This document shows, piece after piece, positions 37,271 through 51,758 of a DNA stretch of 64,000 nucleotides (position 1 is the stretch's first letter; every line of letters starts with the position of its first letter). The notes under the pieces are model-generated. The model did not search any database, was not told the DNA's origin, and saw only the letters and a list, made by a program, of their open reading frames with translations. The stretch is taken from the NCBI GenBank assembly GCA_964016885.1, contig OZ024743.1:300018001-300082000 (forward strand). The letters run 5' to 3'. The DNA is from Eledone cirrhosa (lineage: Eukaryota). The position numbers and the translations under genes were made by a program.

Positions 37271-37900
37271 TCTTGACCATTATCTTTTGTTTGGCACAAC
37301 ATTCTCTAAAAGGCTACAAAACAAATTCCAAAATACGGGCGCGAATTTTTATGTACTTGTTCCCGTGACAGTCATAATTTCATTTATAACCAATCAAATT
37401 ACATTTCAGCACATCAGTCATTCTCAGAACAACTCTCCCCCCCTGTTTCTTGACCATCATCTTTTGTTTGGCACAAAATTCTCTAAATGGCTACAAAAAA
37501 AAAATTCCAAAATACGGGCACAATATTTAATGTACTTGTTCACGTGATAGCCATAATTTCATTTGTAACCAAGCAAATTACATTTAAAAAGAAAAGCCTT
37601 CGTGGGCCACCCTTTTTTAAGTAAAAAGAATTTCAAACACAAACTGGCGCGAAAGCTGATGTGCTTATTCACGTGACTGCATCAACCTACAAAACTTCAC
37701 TCATATATGAAAAAAACAACCTGACTCCACCCCCCCCCCGCTTTTTTTAGGGAAAATATAATAAGAACTTTGTAACGCGAATGGCGCGAAATGTATTATA
37801 CTTTTCACCAACCAAATTACTTCTCTAAAAACCTAGCATTTCGAGCCACTTTTTTCCATATAAAACAGAAGTAACATTCAAACAGCAACCAGATGTGAGA
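37271..37900. repeat. Diverged ~177-bp tandem repeats
   Basis: TCTTGACCAT..CTTTTGTTTGGCACAA..ATTCTCTAAA..TTCCAAAATACGGGC..CAAATTACATTT at 37271 and 37448, with weaker GGCGCGAAA-containing units to ~37800. Possibly DNA-transposon subterminal repeats. Confidence 0.6.
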
Positions 37901-38290
37901 AAAACCAGAAACCCTCCATCTCAATTCTACTTTTGAAAAGCAGAAGAACTGCGAAACCGGTAAAGGAACCAAATAAATAATTTTTATAAAAAAAAGACTC
38001 CAGCTGCATTTTCGATTTTATCTTTTTTCCTCATATATATATATATGTTTGTATAGTCACACAAAAATGTATATCGTTTGTAGCTTAACGGCTATAAATT
38101 ACTGGACAGCTTTCGGCTCTTTCAGACGCTGTGCCCCCGGATAGACGAATAGTGCCGTTGTAGGGGTCTATACTTCACCTGTATATTTATATTTCAAATA
38201 ATTTTTTAAGGTTTCTCTACAAAAATTTGTTTTTAGTTTTGTTCGGTTCCCGTTTTTTATCTTGCCCTTTCTTTGTTCTATTCTTAATAT

Positions 38291-38318
<28 letters not shown>

Positions 38319-38321
<3 letters not shown>

Positions 38322-38510
38322 GGAACCAGTAAGACCCCGACAGCTGAGCTCAAGCCGTTTCGACGGCTAATTCTGGACAGAATTAGCCGTCGAAACGGCT
38401 TGAGCTCAGCTGTCGGGGTCTTACTGGTTCCTATTACCCACTCTACTACCCCAAGTATTGAGTACTTTGGTGCGTTATGGTCCACCTGGTTCCTTACCAC
38501 ATTTCCTTCG

Positions 38511-38513
<3 letters not shown>
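38319..38513 (+). mobile_element. Fold-back mini-element, family X copy 1 (palindrome 38319-38434)
   Basis: Perfect ~56-bp arms around TCTG-GA-CAGA, then a unique tail ending CCTTCGTTA-(TA)n; relatives at 45317, 51543, 56734. Confidence 0.8.
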
Positions 38514-38560
<47 letters not shown>

Positions 38561-38564
38561 TAAA

Positions 38565-38782
38565 ATAACAGATTAAAGTTTAAGCAAAGAATCGCTGCTT
38601 TCACCCTTAACGGGATCTTCTGAAGTTTCAGAAGATCCCGTTAAGGGTGAAAGCACCGATTCTTTGCTTAAAATTTAATCTGTTATGTTAATAAATATTT
38701 GCTCTACCTGTTCTTATATATTTGACATATATTTATCCTTATCGAGCCCTCTTTGGATTTTAGTCTTCACATTTATTATTAT

Positions 38783-38786
<4 letters not shown>
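38565..38786 (+). repeat. Fold-back mini-element (palindrome 38565-38686 plus tail)
   Basis: ~60-bp arms with 2 mismatches centred on TCTGAA-GT-TTCAGA; flanked by (TA)n. Confidence 0.8.
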
Positions 38787-38862
<76 letters not shown>

Positions 38863-40257
38863 ATATTTATATATATATAGGTGTCTGTGCGTGTGTGTGT
38901 CTATATTATGTGAAATTGATAAATAAACACTACTGTTGATGAATAACCGAATCTAACTTTCTATATGTATGTGAGCATAATTCATTTATATTATAATATA
39001 TGTGGAGAATATATAATCTTAATATTTTTACCTAGATTCCACAAGGGTTAATATTTACAAATATTCTACTATTGCGATATTTTGATCGAAATTGCATTTA
39101 TATCTTTTAAAGGTGATATGTCATATATAGAGGCTATTTATTTAATCATCATTAACATTATCGTCATTTTGAACTCCACATATATTTAAAGTGAGACTTT
39201 CGGTTGTCTTTGTAAGCACATGGATTCAAGAATGGGATTTATGAGTATTTTAATGGTGTTTTTAGTATATATTTTTTCGTTTCAATGTTACTTTCAGTAG
39301 TCACATTACCTTGATAATCTAATAGTTTAGAAAGAGAAGTACCTTAAGTTGGGTCGTATTAGCATAATTTTAAGCATGATAGCAAATTTTAAGCATGATA
39401 ATTCTGGAATGTTTTCCTCCAGGTTTATAAGGACTAGGGAAGCAAGGAATGTTGTGGTGCTATTATAATCATGCCATTAAAAGTCTTATGATATCTAAAA
39501 TGTGTGTAGAAAATCATATCTATATCTTGTAGAGAAATGCTGGCAACCTCTGAACTCATATGGTGCATTATATCATATATTTTCTTTTCTATTTATGCCT
39601 TTATGGGTACTGGCAATTTATGTAAATAATGTCAAAAACCTTGGGGTTGGCTGCTTTTCAGCTATCTGTTATCATTCATCATTCTAAAAACAAAGGGCAA
39701 AATATGGATGTCGGGTGATATTCAGCTGGAGTCATTTAAAAAAAAATGATTTGGAGTGACCCTCATTATTTTTCTCGTATCAAATATCCCGATTGCCAAC
39801 TTGACCTTGTCTCAATGGCATATCAAGTTCTATCTGGAATAATTAACGCAATAGAAAATCGATCAAGCAATGGTTCCTCTGAAGTTTACTTAATTAGTTC
39901 AAGTTAATTGACGTTATGTTGATATGGCGAAAAATATGGAATTTTGAGAAATCTGGCCGGGTAAGCATATCTGTGGAAGCTGCGAGGCATTAATTCGGCT
40001 ATTGAAGAACAATTAACGACCACACAAATCGAATTTCCTCGTTCATAAACAAGCATCCGGAATGACACCGGAAAAAATTAATCTTGAAACCAACGGTGAA
40101 TGTTATGAAATCGGTATTGCCACTTCCGGCTTAGGTGCATTATTGTTATTCTAAAGAACACGTTTTCGTTGGTGTTTCCAATACTGAAGATTTTGTCCAG
40201 TATAGCTACTTTTTTCGGTAACAGTTTATCATCACCAATATTATTACAATACTTAAT

Positions 40258-40445
40258 TGTCTCTACTTTTAGCATAAGGCCAGCAAATTACCCAGTGTAT
40301 TACTGGTACTTTATTTTATCGACCCCAAAAGGATGAAAGGCAAAGTTAACCTCGGCGGGATTTGAACTCAGAATGGCAAGGGCAGTAACTCTATGTGCCA
40401 AAGCATGGCGTTCGACCCTCTACCGATACTGCCAATCCATCGCCC
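40258..40445 (-). mobile_element. tRNA-derived SINE with TSD
   Basis: Matches the 6360 and 46098 copies; TATTATTACAATA duplicated at 40239-40251 and 40446-40458. Confidence 0.9.
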
Positions 40446-41311
40446 TATTATTACAATAATTAATGATCACAAACACACACGCATAGACTCAGGTGCATCC
40501 CCCTCGCGGGCATACACACACATACTTATATATATATATAAGTATATATAAGTGTATATATGTGTGAGTAGGTGTATGTGTCACGTGGGGGGAGGGGATA
40601 CGCCCGAGTCTGTGCGCGTGTGTTTTTGATCATTAAGTATTGTAATAATATTGGTGATGATAAACACACACACACACGCACACACATACACAGTGCTCCA
40701 AATGAATTTGTTGAGCAAAATGTAAACAACGAAATCTAAATCACTGGATATCGATCTAAACACTTATCATTATAATTAACTGCCCTAATTGTACTTGATC
40801 TATTTTGGTATGATCATGCTGATGTATTAACCATTACTGCCAAGTCCAGCCAGCCTGACACTGCTTCTGACCGAATGGCAGATAAAGACACACGTGCGAT
40901 ATCGGCACCGAAATGAACATTTTGGGAAATTTCTCAATGGACAGCTGGCTAATGAGAGTTTACCCTCTCCGTAATTTGCTGGTGATAAATTTATTATTAA
41001 CCGGTGATCAGCTGATTCTCTACGGAATTCGAAACAGCACTGTACAAGGTTAGACGTGGATTTGAGCATTCCGGCGGAATTTTGTGTGCTATCCGCGACA
41101 CTAGCTGTCCCAACTGAAATTTCATTTTATCGTTTACAAATATTAATCTGTCGATACAATACTTACACTATTTCCATAGCTTGGGCTTCTGGCTGGGAAT
41201 GTTGTCTAACATATAATCCTATGCTTGTGCTCCAAGTACATTTCTTGAGCAAATTGTAAACAACAAGACCTATGTATCTGGATATCGATATTAAGACTAT
41301 ATCGATATTAA

Positions 41312-41462
41312 GACTATTTTGAAAATTTGAACGTGAACAACAATTATCATTGAGTGGGTGCTATTTTCAAAATAGCAATATAAGGTTGCACTTACCAATG
41401 AAACGGTCGTAAATACCTGGATAAAATCCTTCTCTTAATGCTTACCTGTGTTTTCTCTGTTA

Positions 41463-41467
<5 letters not shown>
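41312..41467 (+). mobile_element. Solo 3' terminus of the 1601-5315 PLE family
   Basis: Aligns with 5163-5315 (GAAACGGTCGTAAA..GGATAAAATCCTT..AATGCTTACCTGTGTTTT), followed by (TA)n. Confidence 0.75.
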
Positions 41468-41514
<47 letters not shown>

Positions 41515-41677
41515 TTCAAGAGTAACCAATCTTAAGGAGAGAGATGGAGATAGGAGAGGAGAGATTGGTGAATTAGGTAAAAGCCAAAGCGTAAATGCAT
41601 GTGCTCAATGTGCAATATGCAGTAGAAAGTAGCTAGGTGGCTGGGTTCATGCAGAAGTTAGGCGCGCAGAGCTGGAA

Positions 41678-41993
41678 ATATTCATTAGTTAAGCAAAACA
41701 AGACCACCAATTTCACAGGGAAGACATTATTAAAAGATGTCAACATATTTTAGTTTGATTTAAGGAATGTAGAGAATAATAATAATAATATTAATAATGA
41801 TAATGTCCGTTTACAATTGTTTCGCTACTCCATATAATATTTCTGGATCAAATGATTATAGATCATTATTGATCTGGTTCAGTTGAAAATAATAAGGAGA
41901 GAATGTTACATAATGTAACGTTCCATATATTGGTATTTCACTATGGTGTTCCTTGTGAAATTTGTGGTCTTGTTTTGCTTAACTAATGAATAT
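41678..41993. repeat. ~45-bp inverted repeat pair (41678-41722 / 41949-41993)
   Basis: ATATTCATTAGTTAAGCAAAACAAGACCAC.AATTTCACA and its reverse complement. Confidence 0.75.
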
Positions 41994-42030
41994 ATATATA
42001 TATTTATGTGTGTGTGTGTGTGTGGGGGGG

Positions 42031-42065
<35 letters not shown>

Positions 42066-44718
42066 AATTAAACAATTAGAAATGGTTCTAGGTTATTATT
42101 ACTTCAAAATGTTATGTTATAGCTAAAATAAATAACATTTTTCGTATATTTAATGATTATTTGTTAATGCAGCGTTATTCAATTATGTAAAATCGAATAC
42201 AGTCATAAAATATATAAAGACAAAAACATTCACTAACCTTGTTAAAGGCTGTGAATGACGGTGTTATCTTTGTCAAGCAGTGACGTTAATATTTACACGA
42301 AGAAGTCATACAAATGTGAAAACAACGCTGCGATAATAGTTTTATCACTTTCGAAAACATGAACAGTACGATATAAAAAATTTCATAACGCAGATTATAG
42401 GTTGCTCTTGGTATATTTGAATGTGAATGATATATTTGCATTGTATTAGTAATAATGTAATATGTGGTAGGATCGTGTACTAATTGAATAGATAATTACG
42501 AAGCACGAAATAATCATTTCAGATAAGAAATTGAAAGCTAGTATCTAGATATGATACACTAACAAGCGTAAAGAAAAATAAAACGCAGTTTCCAGCGAAT
42601 AAAATAATTATTTCGTGATTTAGGTATTGGATGAGTGACTTGGGGTTGCAACAAATTAATACTATTATAGTTAATTCTGTCTCGTTTCCGAGATCAAATC
42701 ATGGGCCATAAAAAATATTAATGAAAAACAGTGTTTACAATTTTTCTAGCACAAAGTTTATTATCGTTTATTTTTTACCTCTGCGTTTCGACCTGTGGGA
42801 CCTTATTCTTATAACCTATATATATATAACAGTCGTCATTTTCAGATGATGCATAGATGATTATCTACAGACCTTTTAATTTAACCATGTTACCAGCTTC
42901 GCTGCTACTTTTAATTGAAATTCTGAAATTTTGCAATAATTCATTTATAATTCATGGTATCTGAAGTCTTACACCTGTCGAGAAAATAATTATGTTATAA
43001 AATAAGTGAACTACCACAGGAAATTACGGTAAGTTCTTTGTGAAAACACTCCCAAAATATAAGCCCGTTACATCTAGTATCTCTATCTATTTGACACAAT
43101 CACCCTGAGGAGTAATATAGGTAAGAAAAAACAGAAACTTTAGTTAACCTTATTTCTATCTAATTCTATGTTCCTAAAAGAAACCCTATTTTTTTAGCAG
43201 TATTAAACAAACTGTGTAACGTGTGCTCCAACTAACTGCATTGATTTTGATGTTGAGTCTAGTTATTTGAAATCAACAAATTACGAACCTGAATTTAAAA
43301 CTTTCAAGATTTTCTCTGGTGAATTGTTTTTAAAATATAAAAAACTTCATATTCCAATTATATGAAGATGCCAGCAAAATCGACATTATGGTTAGAAAGA
43401 ACATATTCCTATACTGCCAGGGAAAATCGAAATTGTTGTTTATGTATAATGATGATGCTAGTTCATAAAGATTGTGAACCCGTTGGTTCTCTTGCAAGTT
43501 TAAATTCCTGTTATTTTCTCCTAATTAAAATCGTATTGTCAACCATAAAACTGTTTCCGATTATCAACAAAACATCTTCATCAATTAGATTTACGGGGAG
43601 AAAGAGGGATAGAGAGGAAAAAGGAGAGAAAAACAGAGATTATGGATAGAGAAGAGGAGACGTACAAAGAAGATAGAAAAAGTATAAGAGAGTATGAAGT
43701 TGAAATAGAGTGAGTGAAAGGAAGGTAGAGTTATGAAGAGAGAGAGCGGGGGAGAGAATACTGGGTATTTTATGGTTTTTATTTCAGTATTTCAACAGCA
43801 TATATTCTTAAAGCATCGGCTTTTACTCTCGTAATTCACAGTAGGAAAGTTTCTGAAGATAAATGCCAGGCCATAGTTTACGCAATGAATAAAAGATGCT
43901 AAATCTTATGTAATCATCCTGGACTTGACATATTTTCAGAGGAAAAATATCAGAAAGAAAACACATTATTTAATACCACATACGAACATGTTCATTGTAT
44001 TTTATCGATATGGGGGGAATATTATGCTGAATAAATAAATAATTAAATAAAAAAAGTAAATGTGTGAATAAATAAATAAAATAAAACAGTTATATTACGA
44101 CATGAGCAACTGAATACAGTATTGTAGGTTTTGTAAAGGAAGACCTTGGCATTATTTAAGTCATTAGCATTAGGAAATTGTTGGTTTATTAAAGCTCAGT
44201 GGAGAAAAAATATATTAGACTTTCCTAAATTCCAATGTAACATTCAATAAAATTAGGGAAAAACAGTCTTAGTTAATTATCTGTAATCTCATCTATTTAC
44301 GCTGTAATACAATACCACGAGGCATTACTAAGTACCACTCCGAGAGAAATAGTTATCACACAAGCGTGTGGTGAATATAGCATAAATGTAGGAGTAGGTA
44401 TATATGTATATACAAATGTATGTATGTATGTATGTATGTATGTATGTATGTATGTATGTATGTATGTATGTATTAACGTATGTATGTATGCTTGTATGCA
44501 TGCATATGCGTACGTATGTATGTATGCATAATTGTATTATTGTGTAGATACGTATGTATATACGTACGAGTCGGAGCTGGATTATTTCAGTACGGAAATG
44601 GGCAGAGAGTAGCAGCTAATGTTCATAAAGATTATGATAAATTTATAGAATAAGAATAGCTACAATATTATGAGTTGAGAAAATATGTATGGGTTATTTC
44701 ACAGAACGTATCAGAAGT

Positions 44719-44874
44719 TAGGCGGCGAATTAGCAGAATCGTTTGAACGTCGGATACAATGTTTTGTGGTATTCGTTCCGGCCCTCTTCTCTCTGAGATC
44801 AAATTCCACCGAGGTCAACTCTGCGTTTCATCATTTTGAATGTCGATAAAAATTAACCAGTTTAGTACTGGGGG
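44719..44874 (+). mobile_element. tRNA-derived SINE, older subfamily
   Basis: GGCGGCGAATTAGCAGAATCGTT (A box)..CTGAGATCAAATTCCACCGAGGTCAACT..TTTCATC..GTCGATAAAA..CCAGT..TACTGGGGG. Confidence 0.8.
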
Positions 44875-45316
44875 TGTATCCCTCCTCCTCAACTCTTTGT
44901 CATGTTCCTCTCTCTCTCACCTTCTATCTTTCTCTGAAAGAAATCTGCTGTATTCAGGCCTGGTGAGGGATGGGTTAAACCAGGCTTAAAATACCGAAGA
45001 AATGCCGTATGTCAATACGGCGTCATACCATACCATCAGAAGTTAATCAAATACTGTGTGCTATTATGTTTGGTGCATTATGGTTAGCCATCAGGACGGT
45101 CTTTATCCTAATTTTCATTACTCTACTTCTATAAGACAGTGAGCGAACACTTGGACAGGCTACTAGTCCATCGCATGGTGACCTTTCAGTGGTGTGCACA
45201 GGAGCACCGAAAGATGAATAGTTTTGCGCTAGAACACAGCGTGTTATCGTATATTTGTATGTTCGGAGATTAAACATTGTGTTGTGCATTAAGAGATTTT
45301 AAAATCAATATATATA

Positions 45317-45465
45317 TAACGAAGGATGTGTGGTAATGAACCAGATGGACCATAACGCACCAGAGTACTCAATACTTAGGGTAGTAGAGTGGATAATAGG
45401 AAATGAGTGGGCTCCAGAAATAGCCGTCGAAACGGCTTCAGCTCTGCCGTCGGGGTCTTGAACGT
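45317..45465. mobile_element. Family X copy 2 (tail in minus orientation joined to forward core)
   Basis: 45317-45402 is the reverse complement of 38428-38513; followed by CCAGAAATAGCCGTCGAAACGGCTTCAGCTCTGCCGTCGGGGTCTT. Confidence 0.75.
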
Positions 45466-45470
45466 TTTCC

Positions 45471-45557
<87 letters not shown>

Positions 45558-46097
45558 GTGTGTATGTGTGGGTGTGTCTGTCTGTGTGTATGTGTGTGTG
45601 TGAGAGAGTGTGTGAAAAATCTATTCAATGCCCAACTCATCACAACACCGGACAAAGCAGCGTTATAGGGGACAGTGCATTCATCTGTGAACGGCTTCTC
45701 AGCACACAATGCCAAGTTTCAAACTCTGGACAGAAGCTTTGTGTACTTCAACCAGCAAATTAGCGGATGTAATATTCTTAATGCACAAACATAACCTGTC
45801 AATCACGCCAGTAGAATTTAATCCATGAGTGGTTCGTTGAAACTATAAACAAACATGCTATAATAGTATAAACAAAGGTATTGTTTTCATGAGGATGGCG
45901 ACCCATTTTTACTAATCTTAAAGGTTTTCTTTACGTTTTTTTGGGTTTCGTTTTTGTTTGAATATGCTAATTTACCTCACCAGTGTTGTACATTTGCACA
46001 GAGATTCTCTTGTTGCTATTCCAGTTGCTACAACACGAAACGGTCAACTGTACTGGCCGAAAGGATAAACGTATTATTAATAATAGTGATATATTAA

Positions 46098-46284
46098 ATA
46101 ATTGTTTCTACTTTTGGCACAAGGCCAGCAAATACCCAGTGCATTACTGGTACTTTATTTTATCGACCCCGTAAGGATGAAAGGCAAAGTTAACCTCGGC
46201 GGGATTTGAACTCAGAATGGCAAGGGCCGTAACTCTATGCATCAAAGCATGGCATCCAACCCTCTACCGATACTGCCAATCCAC
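46098..46284 (-). mobile_element. tRNA-derived SINE
   Basis: High similarity to 40258-40445. Confidence 0.9.
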
Positions 46285-49200
46285 ATCACATAACTATGTC
46301 TAATTAGACTAACATGTTAAACTAACATGTGTTACAATATATATTGATTTTTATATTCAATGTTGACTTTTAATATAGCGATTAAACTTTGTATAGAAGT
46401 GATATGGATAATTGAGGCAACTCCAATACATAAATATTATCTTTTCATCCGGCTTCGTGGAATTTTAGCTCAGAACGTACCCAGTTTTATATTCAATAAT
46501 ACTACAATGAACTTGACTATTTCGCCATGCACTTTAAGCGCTGTAATGAATACTTGTTTTTATTTGTAACAATACTTGGCAATATATAATAGATAATACA
46601 AAAGCAAAGACAAAACGGTCAAAGGAATATATACAATTGTCTCTTGACAATACCACTTTTTTAGGTTTCATCTCTCATTTTATTGTGTGCCAGAATAGTG
46701 TTTCGATTTTGATGTTGCTTTTATATTTCACACTATAATAGAAATAAACTTCCACTTCGAATACATTTTATTTAGTAGATGTTTTGAAGTTGAATCCATA
46801 AAAATGAGTGTGTTAGACAAATGATATGCATTTCTTTACGTCTCTTTCAACTGAGATTAACGTTCATACTTTCGGCCTCGAAAACATATATACCTGTCAG
46901 GCAATTGGGTCAATGTGATCTGCTAAACCTCTTACACAAAACCATACTTGGTCAATAGGTCTCCGTTGAAATGTAGTTAAATTTTATGGAAATCATAGGG
47001 CTATAACTAAATAGAATAACATAGTGTTGTTTTACCATTTCTCGCATACATTTTCACAAAACACAATGACGCATTCATGAATAGTTTTGAACGTAGATGC
47101 ATGCTAACAAAATTGTTTTCTAATATATCACTATTTTTAATATCGGATCAAGGGAGCCGAAAATCAGAAATGTCTATATTGATTTGGTAATTGTTGCATC
47201 GATTAATCGTGAAATAATTGTTATCGGCCATATCTGATAGTTTGCTGATTAACTGATATCTACTTTTTTGCCGATTATTCGGCCATTATAGTTATTTTAT
47301 TATACATAGGCACGTATTCTGATCATTTGGAGTCAAAAGAATATGGCAACACATTGGATTCAACTTGTAGAAACATAGGTTTTTGATAAGACGAAACAAT
47401 CTAATACAACCAGTGTAATATAGCTTTTCCTCGGGCTGGAAACCATTGATCCAAACTACTGGAAATTTCTCGGGAGAATCCAAGATGCGTACCACCGTGT
47501 AGGATAAATGAAGTCAACTTAGAAGAGAATCCTCCTTATCCCTCTGAAGGGATATCATCATAATTGATTTTTTTAAAAGGAATTTATTTAAAACATCTAA
47601 GGTTTTCAATTTGTGAAGCAAAAGTAAAATGAATTTGAGAAATTTAAGAACTCATAAATTATATTGTAAATTCATCAAAATATTACAATACTTGCAATTA
47701 TTTACAGTGCGCATTTACAGTGCGTATTTGATAATTTGCGATCGGTTAAACAGTATCAGGGAATAAGACAAGACCGATTAATTTCAAACCGGTTATTGAT
47801 CAAGTTGTTGCTTATGTGTCAATCCATATATTTGATTGTAGGTAATTCGTGTCGTATTTATACTTGTCAAATATTTGGTACAATTAGAGGATTGTACATG
47901 GTATAAGGAGCTATATTTCAATTGCTATTGTAATAGTCTAACACCAGAAAAATTCTTTTCGGGATGGGCTACGTTCCATTTGCAATACTGAACATTTACA
48001 AAGCTAGTAGTCTCTATCTCTCTGCAGACTAAAATCGTCACAATATCTGCTCCATTTGTTACATTTGCAGTAGCCATGACTGTTTTACATGCGTTATAAT
48101 TTTTACCAGAATTAACATTAGGAATGTAGAAACCGAGGTCATTTTACGATCCGTGTCGCTCGGTATCCAAACTTCTGAGTACAATGGACATGACCTAATA
48201 TCAGATAACCACACATATGCAATTCAATTGAAGCTTAAATAAAGTGGAAGGGCTTCGAAAGAGAACAAAATTAGTTCGTACAATCAACACCCTAATCACG
48301 TTTCTACTTCGCAGATGACACTCATCTTACTCTTTACAACTTATTTGTATTATATTGCCTAGGTATATATGGCCTCTATTTATTGTGGAGTTGGTATAAT
48401 ATATCGCGTATATTGTGAATTAACGGCGTAAAATCACTTTCCACGCTAAGTGAACTGGTTTCAATAGATAACTTAATCTGATGATGTATCTATCGTTGCA
48501 TGTATTTCATTACCACTTGATGCCCACAACAATATTTCAAAAGGATATTTGCATAAGGATCACATCAGATATTTTAAAGGGCATAAAGAATCGGAATATA
48601 TTATATTGCCTGCGCGTGAAGTAAATTTGTTTCCACAAGAAATTGAAATCACATTCTAATCACTCTTTCAATTGTTTCTCACTTCGTCTCTCAGAACACC
48701 AACTACATGTATGTGCAATTATATATGTATTATGTTCTATATCAGTCAGTATTTCCTTTTCTTTTTCTACCTTTTTCCATGGTTCAGATTTTGAATATAC
48801 AAATACTAATCATGTCTTGATCATTTTACCCCAATTTCTCAAAGAAATGATTAACTATATTCTTCAATTCAACTGTAAAAACTGTTTGTACAATGTTTCA
48901 ATTATATTCATTACAATCCACATATTATTTTATTTTATTTAATAATATACTTCCACGTATTTTAAATAATGTGTCTTTCACCCTTTCTTTATCATAATTG
49001 CTTAGAGAGGAAGTAAAGATTGTGTATATCTGTCCAATTAATGTGACACTAGGAACTGATTAAATCTGTTCACACATCTGTTAGTAATTGATACTTTACT
49101 TTCTGTATATTTTATCCGCATTTTACGCCTTTGTTCCGATAAAATATTTCACGGTATATCAGAAAGAAATTTCACTCGGTAGATTTTCAAATAAGTCACG

Positions 49201-49429
49201 ATAGGATTACTAGAAATCAAGTTTTCTGATACACCAAATACACTATGACTGGACAACTAAAGAACCAGTTCAACAAGATTCGATAGCTGTCATAGTGTAA
49301 AGAAAATAAAACTCACTAAGCAATTACGAATTTTCTTCATTCTCTTAAATACTCAAATTTGAGCTAAAATGTAGCAAGACGTCTAAAATGTGGCAAGACC
49401 TCTAAAATGTGGCAAGACCTCTGAAATTG

Positions 49430-50230
49430 AGCTCGAGATCTGGAAAGCCGTAATTTCAGAAGGTATTTTCCAGCTGAATAGAGTAGCGTGTGTGGCCTGA
49501 ATCTCTGAAAAGGAACCTAAGCAATAGTAGGGAGTGATAGTCGCAATTTTTAAATCGGGTGACAAGTGTAATTACTCCAATTATAGAGGGAACTCTTTGT
49601 TAAGCCTCCTCGGAAGGTGTCACACAAAACATTGAAGTACTGCTAAGAGGTGTATACGTCATTAGTAGAACCTGAAAAAGCATAGGACCATGTTCCATAG
49701 GACCTGTCCCTATACGAATGCCCTAGTATTTGTCGAAACAATTCAATGTGGACGTCGGACTCTGCCAAGAATGTATAATCATACATGTCTTTGTCATAAT
49801 ATTTATGAACAGCATTGATATGCGCATTTAATACTGATGGGTTTAGGATAAGTCGTTTGGAATTTGCATACGACATGGTACTAGGTAACTCGTTAGAAGA
49901 CGATGTCCGACATGCACTTGATAGGTTTGACCCCCCCCCCGTCCCGCCTCACCAGTTTGAACAGCAGAAATGAAAGTCAGTGCTGCAAAGTCTGAAACCC
50001 TGCAGAAAAGAAGTTCAGATATCTCGGGAAACATCTCAAAAGTGATGGAAGGCAGGAGGTTAAATGAGGTGCATGGACTGCAGAAGCTGGCGTAGCTATG
50101 TCCCAGCTTGAGGATTTGATCATCAGAAGAAGCGAGTTAAGACTTTAAAGCCCAACTTGCTGTCTGTAATTATTACATATGATCATGTATCTTGGGTAAT
50201 GAGTGGCATAAGGTGACAGAAAGAAGATGA
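49430..50230 (+). pseudogene. Highly decayed RTE-like LINE RT fragments
   Basis: 49470-49620 reads LNRVACVA*ISEKEPKQ**GVIVAIFKSGDKCNYSNYRG(fs)SLLSLLG, typical of the non-LTR RT N-terminus. Downstream extent uncertain. Confidence 0.55.
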
Positions 50231-50788
50231 AGTATCATGTACAATACAGAAAATCTATCATATTCACTGACACAACGGATGAAAGCCGAATTATCTCTTT
50301 AGTTAAGTAGAAAAAGGGCAATGCTATGACCCATGTTTCAGACCCTTTCAAGCTGATTATCTGGAGGGAGGTATCCTCAAACAAGAAAATATGTTCTGAT
50401 GATTGGAAGGAATAAAGGAATATCTAATAACAAGGGAGAGCCCAAGAGGTATAAGCCGGGCGGTACTAGCAGATGACATCTACAAAGAATGGAATAGTAA
50501 CAAATAAATTCAGTTGACCTATCTGAGGACTAAAACATTAGTAAATAACCACAAATATATTTTCAAACCTATAATCTCTAATAGTTCTATCGTAAAGTGA
50601 CGAAGTTCTGTATATTGATATCCATTAATCAAAGTAAGCAGAGAGCCAAGGTAAAATAAATGAGAACATCCCCAGGAGAACAACCAAATTACACACCAAC
50701 ATGTGATGTTGAACTGATAAACTTTACTACATTATATATATATATGTATGTATGTACACACGCACACAGACATATATATATATATGTA

Positions 50789-50874
<86 letters not shown>

Positions 50875-51125
50875 CTGAAAATATCGTCTCAATCTAATAT
50901 AATATATCTACATCCAAATGAGAAATTTCTGCAGAATATGTAAATGTATATCATGATAGAAATTATATAAATCAAAGCAAAATGCCTTATCACCAATTGT
51001 TAACTCTCATCAGCATGGCATGCTAATATATTATGTTAAGGCATATAATGAAGTTATCAACATCAATTTTCAGGTTGCTACCCTCTCTCATGTATACGAT
51101 CACACGACTTATCTACATATAACAT

Positions 51126-51181
51126 TGCAATTTATATAAATATATCTGCAGTTTTCTGCAGATATATTTATATAAATTGCA
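51126..51181. repeat. Perfect 26-bp-arm palindrome
   Basis: TGCAATTTATATAAATATATCTGCAG-TTTT-CTGCAGATATATTTATATAAATTGCA. Confidence 0.9.
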
Positions 51182-51542
51182 TCGTCCAGATGAAAATGTT
51201 ACATCTGATAATTCATCTTACCCACTTCTTACCTAACTTGTGCAGTGTTATTGCAAGGGTCTTTAACTCTATATGGCTATATCGATAATACTTATTTTAT
51301 CAGCCAAGATTATTATGGGGAATTTATCCCGTAAACATATCCCTAGAACAGCGCCTGGGAAAGGTTTGTCGCCAGTATACATACATACATATGTACATAT
51401 ACATTCACACGCAGACACACATTCATGTGAGTATATGAATATGCAGACAAAAATGTCAATAAACACGTGTTAGGGAATATAATATCATCTCTTCTGGCCT
51501 AGGTTTTCCTAATACTCTGTTTATACTATATATATATATATA

Positions 51543-51660
51543 TAACGAAGGAAGTATGCTAAGGAACCAGATGGACCATAACACACGCTAAACATTCTAA
51601 TTTAGTCCAGAAATAGCCGTCGAAACCGCTTGAGCTCTGCCGTCGGGGTTAAACTTTTTC
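51543..51660. mobile_element. Family X copy 3
   Basis: TAACGAAGGAAG..AAGGAACCAGATGGACCATAAC (inverted tail) then GTCCAGAAATAGCCGTCGAAACCGCTTGAGCTCTGCCGTCGGGGT; between (TA)n tracts. Confidence 0.75.
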
Positions 51661-51692
51661 ATATATATATATATATATATATACATAAGTAT

Positions 51693-51754
<62 letters not shown>

Positions 51755-51758
<4 letters not shown>

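Noticed and set aside
42236-42365. Possible minus-strand exon ending at AAG|GTTAGT donor
   Set aside because: All three frames contain stops; could only be a UTR exon and is unsupported.
43100-43150. CTGAGGA..GAAAC-TTTA-GTT
   Set aside because: No stem I or stem II complementarity.
44957-45046. Two short hairpins ending at TTAA, possible DNA-transposon terminus
   Set aside because: No partner terminus found in the window.
47390-48230. Moderately GC-richer patches with peptide-like minus-strand frames (e.g. HGYCKCNKWSRYCDD)
   Set aside because: Stops in all frames, no clear splice sites or recognisable family; needs BLASTX.
50520-50550. CTGAGGA-CTAA..TTAG hairpin
   Set aside because: Followed by TAAA rather than GAAA; no stem I.
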